In this document: positions 40,547 through 51,940 of the stretch, piece by piece
How positions within the stretch are numbered: the stretch's first letter is position 1
Layout: every line of letters starts with the position of its first letter
Origin: Tortispora ganteri
Lineage: Eukaryota
Direction of reading: 5' to 3'
Length of the DNA stretch: 64,000 nt
NCBI GenBank assembly: GCA_003707115.1
Contig: PPNB01000013.1
Location: 1 to 64,000, forward strand
Made by a program: the position numbers and the translations under genes
The notes under the pieces: model-generated
Told to the model about the DNA's origin: nothing
Database searches by the model: none
The model's input: only the letters and a program-made list of their open reading frames with translations

Positions 40547-41494
40547 TTAGTACATAGGTGTTTTGTGTATAATGGACAGCTGAGGACCAAGAGGTTCTGC
40601 TGATATTGGTAAAACCATACCAACTGGGTTGCAGTCTACTTTGCGGGGGTCAATGACTTGGACGCCTTTGACAGTGGCAGCGTAGACTTTGCCATTGACG
40701 AATACAAAATCAGTAACAATTCCGCTAAAAGCAATCTTCTGTAATTTGGTTTGTTCAACTAAGTACAGATCAGAGAGGCCTTCTATGCCTACTAATAGTC
40801 CTAGTGGTGTTGAAACAATCTTGAATACGTCTCTGCACTGATCAAGATCAATAGTGTACTGTTCACACCCTTGTATGTTCCAGACTCTTAAAAGAGATTC
40901 GCCACCGCCTGAGACTATATTACCATCCCTATTCAATGCAAGTGCTGAGACAAAGTCACGGCTACCTAAACAGTAGGATTCAATGTTGTGTGCGTCGGGG
41001 TAGCGTGATACCCGTATATGCTCGTCTCTGTCTCCTGAAAGTACGTATTTTACATTTCCTTGTTCGATTACCAACAGCGACAACACCATACTGACATGTC
41101 CCAGTAAAGGTTGTTGTGCGGGCTCGTTTTTCTCAGCATTGGATGTCAATAATAATGAGTTTCTTGAATCATCCGGGTCCAGCGATATATCGAAAACGTC
41201 GCCCGACTTGTCGCCAACAATCACCTTATTTTCGCCTAGAACCGCACAAAGAGCCGATGGACGTTTCGCAAACTTCCGCGTCATTAGCAAGTTCAGCTTC
41301 TCGTCGTACACAAGTAGTTCTTTTGAGTCGTCCGTTGTGCATACAATTTTGTTATTGTGCACTATTATATGTGTTATACACGACTCAGCCTCGACTTCTA
41401 TGCGTTTGTCAGTCTGCAGGTTAACTAAACATAACTTCCTTGCAGCACTAACCACTAAATTGTTCTCATCAGAGGCAATTCGATGTACAGCCAT
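40547..41494 (-). CDS. TRM82: tRNA m7G46 methyltransferase non-catalytic WD40 subunit
   Basis: KRPSAL, GDKSGDV, LLGHVSMV and SGDRDEHIRVSRYP. Confidence 0.9.
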   Translation of the reverse strand: MAVHRIASDENNLVVSAARKLCLVNLQTDKRIEVEAESCITHIIVHNNKIVCTTDDSKELLVYDEKLNLLMTRKFAKRPSALCAVLGENKVIVGDKSGDVFDISLDPDDSRNSLLLTSNAEKNEPAQQPLLGHVSMVLSLLVIEQGNVKYVLSGDRDEHIRVSRYPDAHNIESYCLGSRDFVSALALNRDGNIVSGGGESLLRVWNIQGCEQYTIDLDQCRDVFKIVSTPLGLLVGIEGLSDLYLVEQTKLQKIAFSGIVTDFVFVNGKVYAATVKGVQVIDPRKVDCNPVGMVLPISAEPLGPQLSIIHKTPMY

Positions 41495-41688
41495 GTATGT
41501 AGCAAGAATTTATATATGATCTGCTAGTTTCTACGAGTTTTTTTTTCCAAGAATGGTCCTGGTCATGTGACTTTAACCCTAACCCACTACAATTTGATTC
41601 TTTACCATTTTTGCACGGTTTCTAGTTTAGACATATATTATACTAGACATATATTATACTGCAACTGCTTTGATCTCCGCTACTAACC

Positions 41689-42426
41689 ATGAAACACAAG
41701 CGGCAGAAGAGTTACAGAAAGCAGATGGCGCTATACGCTCTAGCCTTCAAGTTCCGCGAGCCTTACCAGGTACTAGTTGATGCTGATTTTGTGCTGGCAG
41801 CAGCGAAAATGAATATGGATGCCGTCAGAGCGTTATCCAAGACAACACAAGGCAAGATCAAGCCTATGATCACACAATGTAGTATGCATAAGCTTTACTT
41901 ATCAGAGAGTGAGGCCAAAAACGATGCAATAGCTCTAGCGAAAAAGTTTGAACGACGACTGTGTGGTCACAAAGATGCTGAAACTGGCATGCCCGAAGAA
42001 CAATGTCTTATGAATATAATAAATATAAAAGGCCAGAACAAACACCGGTACGTTGTTGCTACTCAGAATTCTCTATTACGGCATGCATGTCGCTTGATAC
42101 CTGGAGTGCCACTTATCTACATCAACAGATCTGTAGTTGTCTTGGAGCCTGTGTCTCCGTCTACACTTGCCGTTAGAGATTCTAAAGAGAAAGAGAAACT
42201 TGCATTGGGCTTGTCTATATCACGAAGAGCGTCAGATGCGTCATCGGCTGAACCTCCGCGAAAGCGCTCGCGTGCAAAGGGTCCAAACCCGCTGTCTATG
42301 AAAAAAAAGAGCTCTGTAGTTGAGGACGTTGTAGTGTCTGGACACAAGCGCAAACGGAAATCGAAATCAAAATTGAAAACAGCATCTGTGGAAACAGATA
42401 CTGCTGCTAATGACCATTCTGAATGA
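41689..42426 (+). CDS. UTP23: SSU processome PIN-domain protein
   Basis: FKFREPYQVLVD, KPMITQC, NKHRYVVATQ and KGPNPLSMKKK. Confidence 0.95.
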   Translation: MKHKRQKSYRKQMALYALAFKFREPYQVLVDADFVLAAAKMNMDAVRALSKTTQGKIKPMITQCSMHKLYLSESEAKNDAIALAKKFERRLCGHKDAETGMPEEQCLMNIINIKGQNKHRYVVATQNSLLRHACRLIPGVPLIYINRSVVVLEPVSPSTLAVRDSKEKEKLALGLSISRRASDASSAEPPRKRSRAKGPNPLSMKKKSSVVEDVVVSGHKRKRKSKSKLKTASVETDTAANDHSE

Positions 42427-42484
42427 ACTAAATAGAAGCCACCGAAATATATGTATTAATGTATGTATGAACTATCTAATTATA

Positions 42485-45400
42485 CTAAGCAAGGTTCAGC
42501 TTGTAAGTAGCAATCTCAAACGCCCTGACTGAAATATCAAATCCCCATTTATCACCGACCTTGATAATCTCTAACTTTTCTTCATCATCTTCCAGAAGAT
42601 TGCTTTTAAATGCCTCAACGATCTCTAACTTACTCAGTACTTTTCCTGATTGTTTGCCACCAAGGGCATCGTACACTCTGAGGATCACGCTCTTGCCTTT
42701 CGAACTCTTCATTCCGTAATCAGCAGGAACATCGCTGTCGTCTTCTCCACGTTTGATATTAGATAAGCAGAGCCCGTCTGTACCTTCAACGACAAAAGTA
42801 TCTAAGACAGCATCAATACTTTTAATAGACTCCACACGAGCAAAAGTCACTGGTGAGTTAAATTCGTGCGCTAATTTAATGGTATTAGCGCCTAGAGGAC
42901 CAGCGTGTGGATAAATTGAATAGCTGAACTCGTGGGCGCCAATATCTGCATGAGCGTCTGGCGCTTTAGGCGCACGCAACAGACTCAGTCTCATGACGTT
43001 TCCGTGAGTGGAGAACCCATACTTGCAATCGTTCAAAATACTAACGCCATAATTGTGTTCACTAAGATCAGCAAATTTATGACAGCATACCTCGAATTTA
43101 GCAACATCCCAGCTTGTATTGTAGTGCGTGGGTCGTTTGACAATACCATACTGCATCTCGTAAGAAGCACTTTCGGCATGTACATCAACAGGGAACTCTA
43201 CTTTCAAGAATTTGCAGTTTTCGTCCCAATAAACTTCAGAAGTAAACTCCAAATGGGTTCCGTCAAACGCGGTGCTGTTGTCCATCGGCTTAATGTAAGC
43301 ATTCAATGTTATCGCAGTATTGATCCAGCTCCTTTCCGATATCTTCTGCTCAATCAGCACACTGCATCTCAGCGGGCTTTGCAAGATAATCTGTCCTTTT
43401 CCAGGCGGCAATTCTTTGCGGCTGTCTAAAGAGAAAACTTCAGTGTCCCAGGCCTGCCAATACAAAGGCTGGTCGTCAAACATTACAAACTGATTTGCTT
43501 TCTGACCAGGTGCAACAACTTCACGGTTATTTGGAATATCAAACAGACTAGTGATAGCGCCACCGTCAATTACAGCTTCAAGAACGCCATTGGCAAGCTT
43601 GAATTTATTGGGTCCAATCTTCTCAACAGTGACGGGAACTATATTAGCCGCTACTTCGGCCTTCACTGGCTGAAGTAGTGCAACATCTTTGCCGCTAGAA
43701 AGGCATACAACATTGGCGTTGCCGTCATTTTCAGCACTGACTTCAGCAGGAATAGTTCCGATGAAGTTTCTGGGCCATGGAAGAGTGTTAACTGCGACAA
43801 GATTGCCTAAATCGGTGTCGTTCATCAGACCGAGAGCAATCAAAGCTTTTCGAAGTAAGTCAGATCCTGTGAGTTTGGCTTCTTTGTACATATCATATGC
43901 TTCATCGTACGCCATTTCGATAGCCGACCCCGGCAGCATATCGTGAAACTGGTTAAGAAGCACTAGCTTCCAGATATGATTCAGTTTATCCTTAGGATAC
44001 TCGTAGTCTTTGACATAGAGTGAAGCCAGAGTTGCAAAAAACTCAAGGTCGTGGAATAATTGTTCACATTGGCGGTTATTGAGTTTCATCTTTGCATGTG
44101 TGGTATAAACTCCACGATGGAATTCAAAGTACAACTCACCCATCCATGTAACAAGATCTTTACCGCCTTTTGTGCGTTTAATAAGGTCTGCAAAGAAGTC
44201 TTCTGGACCTTTTCCAACGCGGACTCGGGGTAGTCCACCTACTTTGTCGGCAAGGCCGCGGCAGCGACGCAGTTTCTCTAACATATCATCGGTAGGCCCA
44301 CCACCACCGTCGCCTAATCCAAAAGCAAGTAGTCCAACATGATCAGCGTCTAAGTTCTTGTGATGAGTGACAGAGTTCTTGACATCGTTAATGTTTATAA
44401 CAGAGTCGTATTTGTCAGCAGGGCACATGTGGCAGATTACCTGAGACCCATCTAATGCGACCCAGTTAAATGTGGAGTTAGGGAAATTGTTTATGTTATT
44501 CCAGCTGAGCTTTTGCGTCATAAAACCAGTCATTCCAGCCAATCGACACAATTGAGGGATCTGAGGACTATAGCCGAAAGTGTCAGGAAGCCAGAACGTT
44601 TTAGAGCGACTACCAAAGTGTCCTTCGAAGAAACGTTGGCCATACAAAAACTGACGTACTAGGGATTCGCCTCCAGGGAGATTTGTGTCGTGTTCGACCC
44701 ATGAACCGCCCACGTAATCGAAATTTCCATTGAGCACTGCATCCTTTACGCGTTTGAAAAGATCCGGGTAATCTTCGAGCAGCCATTGGAATTGTTGGGC
44801 TTGAGAGCAGGCAAAATGGAGTTCTGGATACCGCTCAAATAGTTCTAGCTGGTTAGACCAGGAACGTGCAATCTTCCGGCGTGTTTCAGCATAAGGCCAG
44901 AGCCAGGCAGTGTCAATATGACAATGACCTATTGCTTCAACATCTATATCGCCTTTGGTGCTGTAGACAGCTTCAGAGTCAACATCAGTACCGAAGAACT
45001 CAGCAGCGATCTTCCTGCATTTAGCAATAGTTGATCTGTCCTCGACATCAAACGTATTCATGATACGATTGCCAATATCTAGTGCCTTGTAGCTTTGCCA
45101 GGAGTCTTGCGGAAGGTCCCTAGCGGCCTCAGCAATTATAGTGAAGTCGTAATACAATGCACGAGCTTCGAGATCTGGCCAGACGAGATCAGCGGATTGG
45201 AGGGTGAAGTAGCGTTCTGGGTCAGGAGGCTGGATATTGTCGGCACCAGGAGCGTTACCAAACATTCCGTTACAACTTGTTTCAATATAGATTGTATGCC
45301 ATTTAGCATCAAAGAATGAATCAGGAACAATCCATCTAATACGTTCGCCACCTCCAGTTATACCTTGCGCTACAGTGCCGTTTTCAAAAAAGACGAGTCC

Positions 45401-45760
45401 TTCATCGCTGGGGTCGAAGTGGAGTTCGACTCTAGGGGCGTCTTTCCATGATTCTGGGATCTTGAGGTCAATTTTAAACCAATGGGTCGACCAAGATGGG
45501 CCAAAAGATTCACCTACGACAGCAGGGCGGAACTTTGTGGCTTTGTCGGCCATGACGTCCTTGAACAGCGGACGTTTGAGGCCAGGCACAGAGAACACCG
45601 AGATCTTAACAGTAGAATCATCGCAGACACGTTGCACATCTTGCAATGCAGGTAGGTTCATAGACTTGTATTGGCCATTGGCAATAAAATTGTTTAATCG
45701 GCCCTGATAAATCGACCGCACCTTCTTGGCCTTCGGCTCCAGGTTCAATTGCGGATACAT
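42485..45760 (-). CDS. AMS1: Vacuolar/cytosolic alpha-mannosidase (GH38)
   Basis: GHCHIDTAWLWP, FWLPDTFGYS, GELYFEFHRG and NQFHDMLPGS. Confidence 0.96.
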   Translation of the reverse strand: MYPQLNLEPKAKKVRSIYQGRLNNFIANGQYKSMNLPALQDVQRVCDDSTVKISVFSVPGLKRPLFKDVMADKATKFRPAVVGESFGPSWSTHWFKIDLKIPESWKDAPRVELHFDPSDEGLVFFENGTVAQGITGGGERIRWIVPDSFFDAKWHTIYIETSCNGMFGNAPGADNIQPPDPERYFTLQSADLVWPDLEARALYYDFTIIAEAARDLPQDSWQSYKALDIGNRIMNTFDVEDRSTIAKCRKIAAEFFGTDVDSEAVYSTKGDIDVEAIGHCHIDTAWLWPYAETRRKIARSWSNQLELFERYPELHFACSQAQQFQWLLEDYPDLFKRVKDAVLNGNFDYVGGSWVEHDTNLPGGESLVRQFLYGQRFFEGHFGSRSKTFWLPDTFGYSPQIPQLCRLAGMTGFMTQKLSWNNINNFPNSTFNWVALDGSQVICHMCPADKYDSVININDVKNSVTHHKNLDADHVGLLAFGLGDGGGGPTDDMLEKLRRCRGLADKVGGLPRVRVGKGPEDFFADLIKRTKGGKDLVTWMGELYFEFHRGVYTTHAKMKLNNRQCEQLFHDLEFFATLASLYVKDYEYPKDKLNHIWKLVLLNQFHDMLPGSAIEMAYDEAYDMYKEAKLTGSDLLRKALIALGLMNDTDLGNLVAVNTLPWPRNFIGTIPAEVSAENDGNANVVCLSSGKDVALLQPVKAEVAANIVPVTVEKIGPNKFKLANGVLEAVIDGGAITSLFDIPNNREVVAPGQKANQFVMFDDQPLYWQAWDTEVFSLDSRKELPPGKGQIILQSPLRCSVLIEQKISERSWINTAITLNAYIKPMDNSTAFDGTHLEFTSEVYWDENCKFLKVEFPVDVHAESASYEMQYGIVKRPTHYNTSWDVAKFEVCCHKFADLSEHNYGVSILNDCKYGFSTHGNVMRLSLLRAPKAPDAHADIGAHEFSYSIYPHAGPLGANTIKLAHEFNSPVTFARVESIKSIDAVLDTFVVEGTDGLCLSNIKRGEDDSDVPADYGMKSSKGKSVILRVYDALGGKQSGKVLSKLEIVEAFKSNLLEDDEEKLEIIKVGDKWGFDISVRAFEIATYKLNLA

Positions 45761-45882
45761 TGTTGCAGACTAGATGGCCATCATAATCAGGAACGTGGCC
45801 TCGACATCATACGGGGTCAAGGGTTTTCAATAAGCGGTTGTAATTGGACGAGGGGAGAGTTTGCAATTTTGTCAGGCACTGT

Positions 45883-46374
45883 ATGTCGAAGTTCGTTTCG
45901 GGGCTGCTTCTTGCCGGCAGCTGGATGCCTGTAGCTGTTGTTCTGAACGACTACGTGGGTAGTATTATGGCCATTGAAGGGCGATCGATGCGGCCGGCAT
46001 TCAACGAGATGGATGGGTCGAGATCGTGGGTACTAGTGCGGAAGTTATGGGTGCTAGATTCACTGCGAAACCGTGATGTGGTCGTGCTGCGGTCACCGCA
46101 GAATCCTGAAGCTGTCGTCGTGAAGCGGATCGTGGCCACTGAAGGTGAAGAAGTGCGTACACGTGGTACCTACCCGAAACCACTTACAGTCGTGCCAAAG
46201 GGACATGTATGGGTAGAGGGCGATAGTATACACTCTGTAGATTCAAACACTTACGGGCCGGTGCCTACGGGACTCATAATCGGCAAAGTCTCTTATGTGT
46301 TGCATCCTTTCGGCCCGATACTGAATGGAGGACGTACTTGCACTACAGGTCGCGTTTTTAATGTTGATGACTAG
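45883..46374 (+). CDS. IMP2: Mitochondrial inner membrane peptidase subunit
   Basis: GRSMRPAFN (catalytic Ser), VKRI (Lys), GHVWVEGD and DSNTYGPV. ATG at 45883. Confidence 0.8.
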   Translation: MSKFVSGLLLAGSWMPVAVVLNDYVGSIMAIEGRSMRPAFNEMDGSRSWVLVRKLWVLDSLRNRDVVVLRSPQNPEAVVVKRIVATEGEEVRTRGTYPKPLTVVPKGHVWVEGDSIHSVDSNTYGPVPTGLIIGKVSYVLHPFGPILNGGRTCTTGRVFNVDD

Positions 46375-47032
46375 AATTTCCTCCCTCGCGTAGCTTCCGT
46401 TCCTCCTCCCGCTACTGGGAGCAGCACCTTGTACTCCAACCAGCAGGGTTGATGTTGGAATACTACCCGAATAGGGTAATGTAGCTTAGGGTTTTGAGCG
46501 CAATGAGAGAAACTACGTGTAGATACGTGAAGTATTAGAAAGAGGTAAACCTTGATCAGTAATAAGATCTGGGCTAAAAACCTCTTGTCGTACAATATTC
46601 TTGATAATGTAACTGACTTAACAATGCAGATGTATTGCACTGCAGGGAAGCGGTCTGTGTCTTACGCTTAGACTTTGGTCTAAAGCTTGTCACTGTACGC
46701 TTGTTGACTGTTTAGAGACTGTTGTCTGTCTGCCTTGATCAGGGGCAAATGACGTCTATCTATCATGTTCGTGGGATTTGTAAAATCACGCCACGTATGT
46801 TAATTACCTCGTTATTTGAGGTGTATAAGCCCAATTGGGGTCTTTTATGCGTGATATGGAAGAGTTTCAGGAGAAAGCTACCGCATTTGTAAAAGGAGCG
46901 GTTTTATCTTTATTATGAAGGTTGGGAAAAAGAACTAGTACTAGGTTTTACGGTTTGGGAACTTGTGCCCTTGACAACCGTCTTCCAACAGTTGACTATT
47001 TTTCCGACACCGCGCCAACTGCATTGACAACG

Positions 47033-48142
47033 ATGGCTGGAAAATTTGCCGAACTAAAAAATGATAGAATATTACGGGCCGCAAAGGGATTGCATGTAGA
47101 CAGACCACCAGTATGGATGATGCGTCAGGCGGGCCGGTTTCTACCGGAATACCGCAAGGTGAAAGGCAATCGAGACTTTTTCGAGATCTGTAGAGACCCC
47201 GAAATCGCCTCGGAAATTACCATCCAGCCAATTCTCCGCTACGAAAGATACATTGACGCCGCAATTATTTTCTCAGATATTCTAGTAGTCCCACAGGCTA
47301 TGGGAATTGACGTCGAGATGAAAGAAGGCGTCGGTCCCATTGTGCCCCATCCGCTCCGAGAGCCCGCTGATTTGAACCGTGTACATAAGGCCAACGTCGC
47401 AAGAGACCTTGATTACGTGTTTAAAGCTATAACTCTCACGCGTACTAAATTGGGCGGTAAAGTGCCCCTTCTGGGGTTCTCGGGCGGTCCCTGGACTTTG
47501 CTTGTTTACATGTCAGAGGGCGGCGGCGGCGCTAGCGCCGGCAAGATGTTTCGTTTTGCTAAGACTTGGCTGTACCAGTACCCCAAAGAGGCGCACCAGT
47601 TGCTCTCTATGATCACCGACGTAATTGTCGAATACCTCATACTGCAGGTCAAGGCAGGTGCGCAGATGTTGCAGATATTTGAGTCGTGGGCAGGCGAGCT
47701 GGCTCCAGAGGAGTTCAAACAATTCTTGTTGCCTTACTCAACAAGAATTGCCAAGCGCGTCAAGTCTGGACTCAAAGAACTCGGGCTAGAGCCCGTTCCA
47801 ATGTCGATATTTGCGAAAGATGCTTGGTACGCCTTAGAAGATCTCGCCCTCTCAGGATACGACGTCATATCGCTCGACTGGAAACATGATCCTAAACAAG
47901 CCCGTGAAAGGGTGGGAAGAGGAGTGACTTTACAAGGTAATCTGGATCCGGGTGTTTTGTACGGAACGAGGGAGTGTATTACGCGAAAAGTAGAGACCAT
48001 GGTGAAGGCGTTTGGACGTGATAGATACATTGTGAACTTGGGCCACGGCACGCAGCCTTCATATGATCCCGATACCGTTGGGTTCTTCCTGAAAGAAGTC
48101 CAGCGAGTGTCGAAGTCATTTTTAACTCACGGTTTTTATTAA
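47033..48142 (+). CDS. HEM12: Uroporphyrinogen decarboxylase
   Basis: [30 protein letters not shown] and NLGHG. ATG at 47033. Confidence 0.96.
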   Translation: MAGKFAELKNDRILRAAKGLHVDRPPVWMMRQAGRFLPEYRKVKGNRDFFEICRDPEIASEITIQPILRYERYIDAAIIFSDILVVPQAMGIDVEMKEGVGPIVPHPLREPADLNRVHKANVARDLDYVFKAITLTRTKLGGKVPLLGFSGGPWTLLVYMSEGGGGASAGKMFRFAKTWLYQYPKEAHQLLSMITDVIVEYLILQVKAGAQMLQIFESWAGELAPEEFKQFLLPYSTRIAKRVKSGLKELGLEPVPMSIFAKDAWYALEDLALSGYDVISLDWKHDPKQARERVGRGVTLQGNLDPGVLYGTRECITRKVETMVKAFGRDRYIVNLGHGTQPSYDPDTVGFFLKEVQRVSKSFLTHGFY

Positions 48143-48446
48143 ACGTGACATTATAATGCATAACAGGTCAAACCTGAACAATCCTCGTACGTCATCCACA
48201 GCGACTATGCTCACGAGTTACGTTTTGAGTTTCCCAGGAAACTTGAATTTGGTTTGCTGGTGCTATTATGAGATCGATTAACTTCATTGAAGTGGTATTT
48301 GTTTTTGTAAAGTTCTAAATGCACGCCTGATTTGCTCAGAGCCTAGTACGTAAAGCCACAAAGCCGAACGCCCGCGAATAGCTCGGAAACCAACAAAGAA
48401 ACCTTATCAGTACCATCTTTATCTACGATTTCAGCGTATCAGAAAA

Positions 48447-48928
48447 ATGGATATCGCAGTAGAAGAGGCTAAAAAGGGTACGTAAGAAAAGAATAATTGC
48501 TGCGAAAACATGACTAACAACATAAAGGGTTCGCAGAAGGTGGCATTCCTATTGGCGCGTGTATTGTGGACAAAAGTGGCAAGGTCCTGGGCCGTGGGCG
48601 CAATCAGCGTTTACAGAAACAGTCACCTACGCTGCACGCCGAAATAGCAGCACTCGAAGACGCAGGCCGGCTTCGTGGAAACGCATACAAGGGCGCTACT
48701 ATGTACACGACTTTAAGCCCTTGTGATATGTGTTCTGGAGCCTGTTTGCTATACGGCATATCGAACATTGTTATCGGCGAGAACGAGAACTTCCAGGGTC
48801 CCGAGGCGTACCTGAAGGAGCGTGGAGTGGCCCTGAATATTGAAGACCGTGAAGACTGCAAGAAACTAATGCGTCAATTCATTGAAGCACGCAAGGACAT
48901 CTGGTACGAGGATATTGGCGACGAATGA
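48447..48928 (+). CDS. FCY1: Cytosine deaminase, two exons (48447-48477, 48528-48928)
   Basis: Removing GTACGT...GACTAAC...AAG (48478-48527) gives MDIAVEEAKKGFAEGGIPIG in frame with HAE and LSPCDMC. Confidence 0.92.
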
Positions 48929-49092
48929 CTCCGTGGTGAGCCCGTGCCCGTGCCCGCGCACGACAATCATTGAGTATGTTAACCTTATGTTGTAAACTGG
49001 CCAATAGAAACACTTGCGCTTTGTAGTAACTTTGTTTTGTTAAACATGTAAACCATAGGTACACACACACAACTGAATCGTCAAAAATAGCA

Positions 49093-49662
49093 ATGAATAG
49101 TGTCAGCAGTCGGCCGAAACCGCTGCGGCTTTTACCGCGCAAAACAGCTTGGACTATACGATTATGTTCGTGGATGTCACTCGTTGGATCTCTGTATTCA
49201 GCGGTATACTGTATCGCTACTGCCGCAAACATGCCTTCGGAATGCAAAGGTGCTGTAAGACCGATCGAACTCGTTTTAGCCGCTATATGGTGCATTGTCG
49301 GCACTTATCTGACACGAGCTCTTATAAACGGTCTGCTGTTGCGCTGGCTTGTCTACTACTCTCCTCTGGGAACCGCACTTAGGCTGTTGTCTTTTGCTGC
49401 TGCCACCGGTGCAGTGTATCAGCAATCGCTGCAACGAACCGGTACAGCACACTTGCTCCCTATTTTTATTCTTTTGTCATGTGTTCTCACAGTAGGCTAC
49501 GCAATACAGAACTTCATAACGAGCGATCTGAGTCGACCCGGTCGCAGATCTTGGAACCTTGTTCGAATCGCGGTCTTCGCAGTCGTCCCTATAGGGTTGG
49601 CCTCGTTCATCACGATGCTCAGTTTATTACGACTTATATTCTTATTGCGCCCGTCATGTTGA
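49093..49662 (+). CDS. EOS1: Eos1-family ER membrane protein
   Basis: LAAIWC...NGLLLRWLVYYSP..TALRLLS, IQNFITS and AVVPIGLASFITM. Confidence 0.75.
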   Translation: MNSVSSRPKPLRLLPRKTAWTIRLCSWMSLVGSLYSAVYCIATAANMPSECKGAVRPIELVLAAIWCIVGTYLTRALINGLLLRWLVYYSPLGTALRLLSFAAATGAVYQQSLQRTGTAHLLPIFILLSCVLTVGYAIQNFITSDLSRPGRRSWNLVRIAVFAVVPIGLASFITMLSLLRLIFLLRPSC

Positions 49663-50147
49663 TCAACTAAACTGAGCTAAAGCTAACCGGTTTTTCATTG
49701 CTACTAATGCCCCGTTATGTTTTACGAATGTTATGTCATTTTTCACCCTCGCATAGAACGTCCATCATTATGATCTATTCTTTGTGCCAGTGATCTCGTT
49801 CCTACATGGAACTCATTTTGGATCTTTACATTATAATTGTGTCCCTTACATATTCTATTAATTTCTTAATCATTTCCTGCATTTATAACGTATTTGCATA
49901 TATTACTTACAGGCTATGAGAGTCTACTTCTGCTTCGCTTATCGTTGTCATGGAAACATCTAGAACTTTCCCGAAACGACTAAGCCCATACTCATTATCT
50001 CCATATAATATAAGCGAACTCTCGCAACTCTATATTATAATTACACCATCACTACAAGTTTACCAAATTTGCATATTATTTATTATTTTTTGGATCTGAA
50101 AACTTGAAATTTAGTTGAAACAAGTATTATTTTGAATTTACACATAC

Positions 50148-51791
50148 ATGGACCGTACTCCAAACGAAAACGATTTCTCCAGACCACCGGATCATCCGAA
50201 TGGTCAACCCGTTCCCTCTCCTGATACAGATAATAATCAGGAACCGCCGCAACCACAACAGGCACCACAACGCTACAATTTCTTTGTTTCTCTGCCGCCG
50301 GTATTTGTACCGTTTGTGTACCAGAACTCTCAGACCAATAATGCTGAACAGTTTCACGTTTCCGCAAACATGGCGAATCGTTCGCCAATGGAATCGGATG
50401 CGCGTTCCGATTCCCCTCAGGGACCACAGCCTCCACAGCAGCCTCGCCCTGCAGATGATTCAGCAAACAGCGATAATAGTAATTCTAACGGCTCAGGTCC
50501 ACAGAGACCAAACATTGTTTTCTACCAGCTACCAGAGCTTACCTTTGTATTTGGCGGAGAATGGGGCATGCCTTTTGGAATGTTTGGCCCAGAGCGTGCG
50601 AAACCGCACGCCTCTAGAAAGGCTGTAGAAGCTTTGCTGGTCTCTGATCCCGATCTCTTGCCACAGTCAGATAGACAATGTGCTATCTGTATGGAACCTT
50701 ACGAGGCGCTACCTCCTGGAACTCATGACCTTCAGACTCTCGTAAATTTTTTGGATGGAATTACATATGCGCAATCATCACATTCTGACACAAATAAAGA
50801 TACTGATCCCGTTTCAGAAACTTCATCTGCCGGCGAAAAAACACCTATCACAGTTCCTCATGTGCCTTTGAGATTGCCATGTAACCATGTTTTCGGAGCA
50901 CCTTGCATTAAACAGTGGCTATCGACTTCTGTTTCATGTCCTCTATGTCGCGCAGAACTCGAAAGTAATGCTGCTGAACCCACTGTCACTACAGAAACTC
51001 TAGGAAATGAAAGCCAACAACATCAAGCAGGAACAACTGATACTGGTAATGACCCCGCCAGGGAAAGAAATGACACATCTACGCTTAGAACTGATGGCCC
51101 ACAGCAACGCCAATTTCGATTTATTTTTGGTCCGGCACCAGTAGCCGGGCAAACATCAGCGAATCAACATGAAAGTTCAAGTGTGTCTGGAGAAGCCAGT
51201 GAGAATAACAACAACAACAACAACAATAATAACAATAACAATGCTCAGAATTTCACGGCTGGTGGTCATGGAAATTTTCCCTTTCCTCAAATTTTTGCTC
51301 CTTTTATAGCTGCAGCACCTACTAATGGAGTCGTACCAAGAGATACTATGAACCAACCGAACAATGGTGATACGACCAATACACCAAGAATGCCGCCTGA
51401 TTCTCAGAATCCTCGACGGCCGTTTCCAGTGATGCGAGCTGAATTTCGACCACCTGCGCGGAGCATGTCAAGAACTCCGGTTTCAACAGCTACTAGAAGC
51501 CATCCGTACGAAAGACCAGGGGACGGAACAAGATCCCCGATTGCGACTGGCGTGCCTGTATGCGGTACTACTCAATTTGGTGCATGTGTCGAAGAGAACA
51601 GCAACAAACTGATACAATTGGAATGCAACCATTCTTACCATCCACAGTGCCTGGGACTCTCTTTGAGAATATGTAATGAGGAGGATAGCGTTCCGAATGA
51701 TGAATCAGAGTTGCAGGAATGGGCAAGCAGCAATCCTCATGTTAGATGCGCGTTATGTCGTCGCAGCCGCATGGTCACGAACATTTTATGA
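50148..51791 (+). CDS. SAN1: San1-like nuclear quality-control RING ubiquitin ligase
   Basis: Split RING: CAIC, long insert, then LPCNHVFGAPCIKQWL...CPLCR with the San1-type Gly substitution. Disordered flanks and a C-terminal Cys/His cluster. Confidence 0.65.
   Translation: MDRTPNENDFSRPPDHPNGQPVPSPDTDNNQEPPQPQQAPQRYNFFVSLPPVFVPFVYQNSQTNNAEQFHVSANMANRSPMESDARSDSPQGPQPPQQPRPADDSANSDNSNSNGSGPQRPNIVFYQLPELTFVFGGEWGMPFGMFGPERAKPHASRKAVEALLVSDPDLLPQSDRQCAICMEPYEALPPGTHDLQTLVNFLDGITYAQSSHSDTNKDTDPVSETSSAGEKTPITVPHVPLRLPCNHVFGAPCIKQWLSTSVSCPLCRAELESNAAEPTVTTETLGNESQQHQAGTTDTGNDPARERNDTSTLRTDGPQQRQFRFIFGPAPVAGQTSANQHESSSVSGEASENNNNNNNNNNNNNAQNFTAGGHGNFPFPQIFAPFIAAAPTNGVVPRDTMNQPNNGDTTNTPRMPPDSQNPRRPFPVMRAEFRPPARSMSRTPVSTATRSHPYERPGDGTRSPIATGVPVCGTTQFGACVEENSNKLIQLECNHSYHPQCLGLSLRICNEEDSVPNDESELQEWASSNPHVRCALCRRSRMVTNIL
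51204..51242 (+). repeat. (AAC/AAT)13 poly-Asn tract
   Basis: Directly visible in sequence and translation. Confidence 0.95.
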
Positions 51792-51940
51792 AGGGAATGT
51801 ATCATAGATACAGTTTAATAATGACAATATACATAATATAAGAAATATCCAATTAAATTACGTAAAGCGTAGAACATATCCCGTGATTAGAATCGCGCTT
51901 CATGTATACAGAGATTATATGCAAATCATTAATTAGAGTA

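Noticed and set aside
41628..41659. 16-bp tandem duplication (TAGACATATATTATAC x2) before UTP23, and the short GT run near 40416
   Set aside because: Ordinary slippage repeats with no sign of function.
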